DNA of 52,630 bases, from assembly GCA_017522125.1 (NCBI GenBank), contig JAFXAC010000063.1, forward strand, positions 1-52,630, read 5' to 3'. The translations under genes were made by a program, and so were the position numbers. The DNA comes from Clostridia bacterium. Lineage in GTDB: Bacteria; Bacillota; Clostridia; Oscillospirales; CAG-272. The stretch's first letter is position 1. Each line of letters opens with the position of its first letter. The notes beneath the pieces were generated by a model. The model was not told the origin of the DNA and searched no databases. It saw only the letters and a program-made list of their open reading frames with translations. Below are positions 1 to 6,917 of the stretch, piece after piece.

Positions 1-2
1 AA

Positions 3-71
3 GGTATAAAAGCGGGAGCGAAAGGTGTTGAGGCGGCAAGCAAGGCACACGGAGCTTCGCAAAAAATGTAA
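3..71 (+). CDS. 3' end of an upstream gene (partial, ...GIKAGAKGVEAASKAHGASQKM*)
   Basis: Open frame from the window edge to TAA at 69-71, which overlaps the AGGAG RBS of the next gene. Confidence 0.45.
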   Translation, partial: GIKAGAKGVEAASKAHGASQKM

Positions 72-82
72 GGAGTATTAAA

Positions 83-1231
83 ATGGGAAGACCAAAAAAC
101 TTTGCAGATCTGCTTGAACAAGCGAGATCGAAGCCCGACCTTCGCCGCGCGCTCGATGCGCGTGGTATTTCAATAAAAAAAGCAGGACGCGCACGTGCAG
201 GCTGGAGATGGCGCACGACCGACAAAAAGGGCGAGGACGGCGACCTCTCCTCCGTTGTGTTCATAGAGTGTGCGGACGGATCGTGGTTTGCCTACGATAA
301 TAAGCAACGCACGGGCAAGCTCACACTCGATGCGATAGACGTTATGACAAAGCTCGTAGGCGTTGAATTTGACGATGCGATATATCTGCTCACGGGCGGT
401 AGCATCGGATCTGCGCCGACTCCTGCGGCTGTGGAGAAGGTCAAGGCGAGGGTGGAGGCGGTAGCCTCCCTCCCTCCGCTAAGCTTTAAGGAAGCAGAGC
501 TGCCAAAGAAGAACCACGCGGCATTCAAGATGTCCTTTGCGTATCTGATGCAGACGCGCTGTATCCCGTACGCCCTTGTAAACTCGCTGATGGCGCAGGG
601 GATAATCTACGGCGGAACTAAAAGGAGCAAGAACTCCGATACCACACATCCCTACGTCGTGTTCCCCATTATAAACCGTTCAGGCAAGATAGTAGGAGCT
701 GATCTTCGCTCCCCTCTGAGCGGTAGCTCCTTCAGGCAGATAGCTTACGGTAGTAATCCAAATTACGCTTGGGGATTTAGATATTGCATTGACAAGATAG
801 AGCTTGACACTCCCATCTTCTTCTGTGAGTCGCCACTTGATGCGATGAGCCTGTGCGCCCTGACCGAGATCCCCGGCGTGTACATATCCCTCGGCGGTGT
901 GAAGGATATGACGATGAGGAGTATGGTTTTCAAGCTGGGAGGAACTCCCGTCATAACCGTTGATAACGACGACGGAGGAAGAAAGTTTGCGGCACGTAAT
1001 CCGAGTTACAACGATATGCTCACTCCGAGCGTGGAGGGGGTAAAGGATTGGAACGATCTATTGAAGCACTACATTGAAACGGGAAAGGATATCCCGATGA
1101 TGAAGTACGACAAGGTAAACGTTGCCCCGATCTTCGATGGGGATGTCGTCGGTATGGCAGACCCCGAAAATGAGCTTGAGGGTGACGAAGCCGAGCCGAC
1201 GGACGAAAGCGCAAACGACGAAACAGCATAA
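83..1231 (+). CDS. Toprim-domain primase-like protein (DUF3991/Toprim-like, ICE-associated)
   Basis: Toprim motifs FCESPLDAMS, TVDNDDGG and KDWNDLL; YLMQTRCI and VVFPI segments typical of DnaG-like mobile-element proteins; AGGAG RBS. Confidence 0.75.
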   Translation: MGRPKNFADLLEQARSKPDLRRALDARGISIKKAGRARAGWRWRTTDKKGEDGDLSSVVFIECADGSWFAYDNKQRTGKLTLDAIDVMTKLVGVEFDDAIYLLTGGSIGSAPTPAAVEKVKARVEAVASLPPLSFKEAELPKKNHAAFKMSFAYLMQTRCIPYALVNSLMAQGIIYGGTKRSKNSDTTHPYVVFPIINRSGKIVGADLRSPLSGSSFRQIAYGSNPNYAWGFRYCIDKIELDTPIFFCESPLDAMSLCALTEIPGVYISLGGVKDMTMRSMVFKLGGTPVITVDNDDGGRKFAARNPSYNDMLTPSVEGVKDWNDLLKHYIETGKDIPMMKYDKVNVAPIFDGDVVGMADPENELEGDEAEPTDESANDETA

Positions 1232-1234
1232 AGC

Positions 1235-1272
1235 AAGGCGCGCTCCATCACGGGGCGCGCCCTTTTTTCTTT
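1235..1272 (+). terminator. Intrinsic terminator
   Basis: Stem ggcgcgctcc/ggggcgcgcc followed by a T-tract just after the stop codon. Confidence 0.8.
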
Positions 1273-1332
1273 TGTTTCGGAACTCCCAACTTCTGCACCA
1301 CAGGTGCAGAAGCTCCCCTCGCGCATCACGCC

Positions 1333-1812
1333 AACTTCGGACCCACTGGGTCTAAAGTTACCTTGCGCGGAGCGTAGGGGTTAAAATTGTACCACCCCTC
1401 TTTTTCCTTTTGTTTCGGAAGCCCGCCGCAGGCGTCCGCCGAAAACGGCGGCACTTGGCGATGCTTCCGCGCCGAGCCTCGCGGGAGGACGCGGGGTATA
1501 AGGTACTTTTCTCTGTGCGAGAAAAGCATACGTCAGGGGCAGTCCCCCGACGTATTTTCAGATTAGCGCAAGATACGGATGTGTCGGACAAAAGTCCTCA
1601 CATCCCATCTTGTCGGCTGCGCCGAAGGCTTAAGGGGATCTTGCTCCCCTGACCCTCGCCGTACGGTACGTATGGTATGGTACGCCTTCGGCGCAGCTCC
1701 CTAACTTTGGACCCAGTGGGTCCAAAGTTGCTATGAGCCGTTCGCCTAACTTCGGACCCACTGGGTCTAAAGTTACCTTGCGCATAGCGTAGAGGTTAAA
1801 ATTGTACCACCC
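1333..1812. repeat. About 65-bp direct repeat (1333-1397 and 1748-1812) containing a 27-bp palindrome; a third palindrome copy at 1703-1729
   Basis: aactt(c/t)ggaccca(c/g)tgggtc(t/c)aaagtt occurs three times; two copies extend with accttgcgc..agcgtag.ggttaaaattgtaccacc. Confidence 0.9.
1529..1655. other. Candidate oriT
   Basis: Hairpin tacgtcaggggcagtcccccgacgta, inverted repeat caagatacggatgtg...cacatcccatcttg ending in a MOBP-like CATCTTG-T nic motif, then hairpin aggggatcttgctcccct. Confidence 0.4.
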
Positions 1813-1898
1813 TTTTCCCCTTGCTGCTGAACCTCGCGCCCTCGATGTCATACCAAACGGCGTTTAGTATGACATTTTATTTTTTGGCAAAAAACCAC

Positions 1899-1927
1899 TT
1901 GACTTTTTCAGGTGTGCGTATTATAAT
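1899..1927 (+). promoter_or_regulatory. Sigma-A promoter
   Basis: TTGACT-17 bp-TATAAT. Confidence 0.75.
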
Positions 1928-1934
1928 AAATTAT

Positions 1935-2100
1935 AAAACAAAAACGGCATCCACAAGGATGCCGCCCAAAGCCCGAAACACGTGACGTTGACGCGTCGCG
2001 CGCTTCACAAAGTCCACCGTTCTGAGCGGATAGACCTTGCTTGGCTGTGCTAAACAATTTCGGTTTAGCTCATCTGAATTGGAAGTAAAAAGTTTTTTAC
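1935..2100 (-). ncRNA. Putative structured ncRNA (about 165 nt)
   Basis: Consensus promoter at 2107-2135, three internal stem-loops, and terminator cggcatcc-ttgt-ggatgccg followed by tttttgtttt on the minus strand (1935-1964). Confidence 0.55.
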
Positions 2101-2106
2101 GTTCCA

Positions 2107-2135
2107 ATTATAGCATAAGTTTAAGTGTTTGTCAA
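2107..2135 (-). promoter_or_regulatory. Sigma-A promoter with extended -10
   Basis: Minus strand reads TTGACA-17 bp-TATAAT with TG upstream of the -10. Confidence 0.8.
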
Positions 2136-2467
2136 CGCCCTGCGGAGGATTTTAGACCGCAGGCTTTTTTGTTGCCTGCGCAGGCTCATTGACAACCGAA
2201 TAGCGTTGTTTTCTTCTTTCCACCTGCCGCCCCTTCAACAAGGGCAAGCCCTCGACCGACAAGCTGCGGCGCAGCTTGCGACTGTGAGATGCCTTCTCGC
2301 TTATGGCAATGACTTAGCAGGGGGACATAATGATACTTGGGACTCATACGAGTTTCGCTCCCGTAACAAAAAGGGGGCTGTCCGCATTAAGACTGCGGCA
2401 ATGCAATCGCAAAGGCTGCGATGAGAACACGGCGCGGGAACAGTCTTTCGTTTTTGTCAAATACCCA

Positions 2468-2487
2468 CCGTCGCATATTTGCGACGG
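2468..2487 (-). terminator. Hairpin downstream of tRNA-Ser (possible terminator)
   Basis: ccgtcgca-tatt-tgcgacgg hairpin about 11 nt past the tRNA CCA end; the U-tract is weak. Confidence 0.45.
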
Positions 2488-2498
2488 CGAGTAAATGT

Positions 2499-2589
2499 TG
2501 GCGGAGATGGAGAGATTTGAACTCTCGCGCCGGTTACCCGACCTACACCCTTAGCAGGGGCGCCTCTTCGGCCTCTTGAGTACATCTCC
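2499..2589 (-). tRNA. tRNA-Ser (anticodon GCT)
   Basis: GGAGATG acceptor stem, anticodon loop CTGCTAA, long variable arm, T-loop TTCAAAT, encoded CCA; 91 nt. Confidence 0.97.
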
Positions 2590-2628
2590 ACGTACCTTGT
2601 GGACGCCGGTTGCATAGTCCACTCGATT

Positions 2629-2657
2629 ATTATAACCCATCTTATCCAATTTGTCAA
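2629..2657 (-). promoter_or_regulatory. Sigma-A promoter of tRNA-Ser
   Basis: TTGACA-17 bp-TATAAT on the minus strand, about 40 nt upstream of the tRNA. Confidence 0.85.
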
Positions 2658-2933
2658 TACCTTTTTTTATTTTTTTCCTTTTGTCCCTTCGCGCCCACGA
2701 AAATGCGCGCTCGCGGGTGAGATGCGCGCTTTCGCTTGCCCAAGCGCGAATGCCGGAGAAAGGTGGTTTTTGTGGCACGAGGTGGACGAAAATGGGCAAA
2801 AATGACATTCCGTGTGGGCGAACAGCCGCCGCAAAAACCAAAAATGCACTCCTCGTATTTGTTCATTTTGTCCAAATCCTCGTTATTTTTTTATCAAAAT
2901 TGCAAGAATTGCACAAAAAATTTAAAAAAACAT

Positions 2934-2962
2934 TTGACTTTTTTGTTTCTTTATGTTAATAT
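2934..2962 (+). promoter_or_regulatory. Sigma-A promoter of the phosphoesterase cluster
   Basis: TTGACT-17 bp-TAATAT with extended TG. Confidence 0.6.
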
Positions 2963-3013
2963 GTATTGTGAATTAACGTTCGCTATTTTTAGCAAACCCG
3001 AAAGGAGAAAACG

Positions 3014-6000
3014 ATGAACACACAAGCTGTTTCGAAAAAAGGCATTTCACGCCTTTTCTCAGCTCTGCTTTCGTTCGTGATGTTTTGTTCGATGTTCGTC
3101 GGCGTTCTGGATTTCACGTCCATTGAAACGTCCGCCTTCGATCCCACATCCTACAGCATCCCCACGAGTGGCACGACGTCCTCGTACTACTTCAGAGCGA
3201 CCCCCACAGTATTTGAGATGGGCGACGGCTACGCCGTAATTTGGGTAACCAACTTTACGGGTACGGGCTACATCAAATACACCTATCAGGGCAAATCCTA
3301 CACCGTCTACGACGAGATGGCAGGTATTGTCAAGACCAACGAGAACATCCACGTTGTCAAGGTTCCCCACGAGCATATACTCGATAACACCTACACCGTT
3401 TATTCTCAGGTGGTCAGCGCTAACAACGCTACGACGCTGACCTACGGCACGACCGTTTCCTGCGGTCCTCTTAAGCTGAACAAGTACGCAAGCGAGGACG
3501 AATTCAACGTTCTTCAGCTTACCGATACGCACAGCTACCCCGACCGCGCGATGAAGGCGGCAAAGCAGTTCTCCACTCGCCCCGACCTTATCGCATTTAC
3601 GGGTGATATCGCAACGTATTCGAGAAACAAGGACGATATCATCAACAACGTATTCGGTCTTATCGGCAAAGTTTCCCGCGGACAGTTCCCCGTCGTTTAC
3701 TGCCGCGGTAACCACGAAACGCGCGGACGCTACGCCGCGATGCTCCGTGACTATTTCCCCACCGAGACGGGCGAGTTTTACTACGATTTTGAGTACGGAC
3801 CCTTCTACGGCGTCGTTCTGGATACGGGCGAGGACAAGGTCGATACCCACGTTGAGTACGGTGACACCGTAAACTTCAAGGAGTACCTTAAGAACGAAAA
3901 GGCGTGGCTCTCCACCCTTACGCCCTCCTCCAAGGCGTTCCGTATGGCTATCTACCACATACCCAACCTCGGAAACCTGAACGCAACGGGCATTTCCTTC
4001 GTTCCCCAGCTCAACGCTCTCGGACTCCACTTCGGTATCTGCGGTCACTACCACTCTACCTCGTGGAAGGCATCGGGCTCGTACAGCCTGAACTTCCCGC
4101 AGCTCATAATGGGCGGCGACCCCTACGGCACTACGGGTGACGTTACGGCGGCTCGTCTGACCTTTACGAAGGATTCCTCGGGCTCAAAGACGCTTGACAT
4201 TCGCGTTGCAAGCCAGAACGGTAACACAAAGCTTGACAAGTCGATCAGCATCGGCAGCACCAAGGCTTCCGCCTCCAAATACTCTCCCGTTGATTTCGGT
4301 CTCAACCAGAAGACCGCCATCACCTCCATCGGACTTTCCTTTACCGCACACCCCGTCGTATTCGAGACGGGCGACCCCGACTACTACACCGTTTGCTTCG
4401 CAACCAGCGCAAGAACTATGGGCTTTGTCGAATACTCGTATCTCGACACCACCTACAAGGTCTTTGACGAATCGGGCGGCGGACGGCGAACGTACGATAC
4501 GCTGCATACGATACAAATTCCCAAAGCGCACCTTAATAACAACGTTTACCGCGTCGGCGGTATCGAATGCACGCGCCACGACCCCAACCACCACGCAAAG
4601 GGCACGAGCTGTCTTAGCTACTACTACGTCTTTGAAAACAGAGATTCGGGCGAGGCGGTAAACGTATTTAACGTCCCCGACCTCGTATCCAGCGCTTCAA
4701 ACACCACCGAGGAGACCGTTGCCGCGGCAGTTGCGGCGCTCGGAACGAGCCCCGCGCTCATTATCGCCAACGGTGACTCCCGCGCTGTAAACAACAATGC
4801 AGATTCCATCGCAACCATGCTCGACGGTCTTGCCGACATTTCGGGCTCGGCGCACCCCGTCGTTTACGTGCGCGGCGACCGCGACAACCTCGGTCAGTAC
4901 GTATCCCAGCTTCCGAGATATCTCTCGCTTGACGATTTCTACTACACCGTTGATTACGACAACTACACCTTCGTCGTAGTCGATACCCTCTCTATCGCAA
5001 GCTCTCACAGCTCGCTCAACGTGGGCGGCACGTACCTTGCTGAACAGAATGAGTGGATAAACTCCCTCACTCTTGACGAGGACAAGACCACCGTCGTTCT
5101 TTCGCACATTCCGCTTGACACCTACGATGCAAAATCGGGCTATTCTTGGCGCGCGGCTCTTGAATCCAAGGGCGCAGACCTGTTTATGTCAGGTAATGAC
5201 AGCGCGGGAAGCTTCGGTGTCAGCATTACCGACGGCAACGTGCTTTCCGTCAAGGGCGGCGGCTACAAGTCCTCCTCCTCTGTCGGAACCGCAGTAAACG
5301 TCCTGCTTTCGGGCGATTACGCAAAGATAACCGCAGTTAACAACAGCGGCTCTACCGTTTATAACAAGACCTTCAGACTCTTTGGCGCGGTTGAGGTAAG
5401 CTCCTCCATCGCGGCAGTTGAGCCCACGCTCACGAACGGAGTTTACTCCATTACCGAAGCGGGCAACCTCGTTTGGATGTCCGAAAACGTCGGAAAAATG
5501 AACGGCTTTAAGGGCAAGACGTTCCGCCTTGACGCGAACGTTGATATGAAGCTCGTTCCCTTTACCCCCATCGGCGGTAATACTGCCGAGTACGTTGACT
5601 CGGGCGCGACCTGCAATAAGTTTATGGGCACGTTCGACGGCAACAATAAGACCATAAAGAACCTTTACATCGACCTTCCCAACAATAACAGCTACGTAGG
5701 CCTCTTTGGCTACGCGCAGGGCGCGACCATAAAGAACCTTACCCTCGCGGGCGGCTGTGTAAACGGCGCGATGTACCTTGCCGCACTCGTCGGACTTGCA
5801 GAGAACTGCACCATTACCGGATGCTTTACCTACGCTGAGGTACAGAGCGTCGGCACCAAGGTCGGCTCTATCGCGGGTCTTGCAACGGGTACTACCATCA
5901 ACTCCTGCGGTAACTTCGGTATAGTTTCCACTACCTGCAACGATTCTGCCATAGTGGGCGGTTTCGTAGGTCAGTCGTATGCGGACGAAGTAACCAACAA

Positions 6001-6844
6001 CTTCAACAACTCCTTTAACCGCGGACACGTTATAGTCGGCGTAGGTCAGGCAGCGACCCCCTCTAAGGGTCACGTCGGCGGACTCGTTGGCTACTCGGGC
6101 TCGTCCCGCGTAAATATCGCAAACTGCTATAACACGGGCGCTACCGTAAGCTATGCGGCAGGCGGCGCGGGTGTCGTAGGCTCTTACAAGGCTACGGGCT
6201 ATATGACCATCACCAACACCTACTACGTGCGCGGAAACGCATACTATCAGCAGGCATTCATGGATGCGTACAGCGATTGGTCGAATGCGGCAGGCTCCGG
6301 CACCGTTGAAAAATGGGATGCGTCGAGCATGAAGACGCAGAACTTTGCTACCACGCTCAACTCCAAGGTATTCATCTACAACGCAAGCATAAACGACGGC
6401 TACCCCGTACCCGCAGTATTCCTTAACATCGATACCTCGAACACAGAGTACTCCATAACCGTTGACGAAAGCTCGGGACTTACCATTTCGGGCGGCGTGC
6501 TTTACGGCGTGAGCGCCCAGACGCTTGCCGACGAGCTGCGTCAGAACATCACGAACGAAACGGGAATCACCATAAACGGCACGGGAACGGGCAGCACCGT
6601 AACCCTTACCGTTGACGGACTCGTAGTTGACACCGTTATCATCGCCATCGTGGGCGACCTTGACGGCGACGGTGACATCACCGCGAGCGACTACGTTGAG
6701 CTGAAGAACGCCATCGTTACCGACGAAGCCCCCCACGGCATCTACGCTTATGCGGCGGACGCCAACAGCGACGGCGTATTTACCTCGCTTGACCTGCTTC
6801 TTGTAAGCTCCTACGTTTCGGGCGTAGTAACCGTTATTGATTAA
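3014..6844 (+). CDS. Secreted metallophosphoesterase: intact plus degenerate calcineurin-like domains, GLUG-type repeat region, C-terminal dockerin
   Basis: Signal peptide; motifs TDTH/TGD/GNHE/H/GHYH; second copy degenerate (PDL/NGD/GDRD); FMGTFDGNNKTIKNL..YVGLFG segment; duplicated dockerin loops GDLDGDGDITASD and ADANSDGVFTSLD. Confidence 0.85.
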   Translation: MNTQAVSKKGISRLFSALLSFVMFCSMFVGVLDFTSIETSAFDPTSYSIPTSGTTSSYYFRATPTVFEMGDGYAVIWVTNFTGTGYIKYTYQGKSYTVYDEMAGIVKTNENIHVVKVPHEHILDNTYTVYSQVVSANNATTLTYGTTVSCGPLKLNKYASEDEFNVLQLTDTHSYPDRAMKAAKQFSTRPDLIAFTGDIATYSRNKDDIINNVFGLIGKVSRGQFPVVYCRGNHETRGRYAAMLRDYFPTETGEFYYDFEYGPFYGVVLDTGEDKVDTHVEYGDTVNFKEYLKNEKAWLSTLTPSSKAFRMAIYHIPNLGNLNATGISFVPQLNALGLHFGICGHYHSTSWKASGSYSLNFPQLIMGGDPYGTTGDVTAARLTFTKDSSGSKTLDIRVASQNGNTKLDKSISIGSTKASASKYSPVDFGLNQKTAITSIGLSFTAHPVVFETGDPDYYTVCFATSARTMGFVEYSYLDTTYKVFDESGGGRRTYDTLHTIQIPKAHLNNNVYRVGGIECTRHDPNHHAKGTSCLSYYYVFENRDSGEAVNVFNVPDLVSSASNTTEETVAAAVAALGTSPALIIANGDSRAVNNNADSIATMLDGLADISGSAHPVVYVRGDRDNLGQYVSQLPRYLSLDDFYYTVDYDNYTFVVVDTLSIASSHSSLNVGGTYLAEQNEWINSLTLDEDKTTVVLSHIPLDTYDAKSGYSWRAALESKGADLFMSGNDSAGSFGVSITDGNVLSVKGGGYKSSSSVGTAVNVLLSGDYAKITAVNNSGSTVYNKTFRLFGAVEVSSSIAAVEPTLTNGVYSITEAGNLVWMSENVGKMNGFKGKTFRLDANVDMKLVPFTPIGGNTAEYVDSGATCNKFMGTFDGNNKTIKNLYIDLPNNNSYVGLFGYAQGATIKNLTLAGGCVNGAMYLAALVGLAENCTITGCFTYAEVQSVGTKVGSIAGLATGTTINSCGNFGIVSTTCNDSAIVGGFVGQSYADEVTNNFNNSFNRGHVIVGVGQAATPSKGHVGGLVGYSGSSRVNIANCYNTGATVSYAAGGAGVVGSYKATGYMTITNTYYVRGNAYYQQAFMDAYSDWSNAAGSGTVEKWDASSMKTQNFATTLNSKVFIYNASINDGYPVPAVFLNIDTSNTEYSITVDESSGLTISGGVLYGVSAQTLADELRQNITNETGITINGTGTGSTVTLTVDGLVVDTVIIAIVGDLDGDGDITASDYVELKNAIVTDEAPHGIYAYAADANSDGVFTSLDLLLVSSYVSGVVTVID

Positions 6845-6853
6845 AATGAAAAT

Positions 6854-6883
6854 TGGGGCTTCCCACAGGAAGCCCCATATTTG
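6854..6883 (+). terminator. Terminator-like hairpin
   Basis: tggggcttcc...ggaagcccca followed by tattt. Confidence 0.6.
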
Positions 6884-6917
6884 ACTTCATTAAACCTAAA
6901 AACCGAAGGGAGAAAAA

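Larger units (their letters stand above)
1934..2170 (+). ncRNA. Putative ncRNA (about 235 nt), antisense partner of the minus-strand RNA
   Basis: Promoter at 1899-1927, terminator cctgcgg...ccgcagg-ctttttt at 2139-2170, several hairpins, no convincing ORF. Confidence 0.45.
1..2498. mobile_element. Terminal part of a probable integrative (conjugative or mobilisable) element inserted at the 3' side of tRNA-Ser
   Basis: Toprim primase-like gene typical of clostridial ICEs, oriT-like hairpins, element-specific repeats not seen in the rest of the window, and a directly adjacent tRNA 3' end. The integrase and far att site are not in the window. Confidence 0.55.

Noticed and set aside
1333-1812. 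Palindromic 27-mers read as a mini-CRISPR
   Set aside because: Spacing is irregular (343 and 18 bp), and two copies share the same downstream sequence.
1982-2053. 23-aa GTG ORF (MTLTRRALHKVHRSERIDLAWLC) as a type I toxin
   Set aside because: No Shine-Dalgarno sequence and no hydrophobic helix; cannot be fully excluded without Ribo-seq.
2125-3017. Short ORFs around the tRNA
   Set aside because: They overlap promoters, terminators or the tRNA and lack RBS and protein-like motifs.
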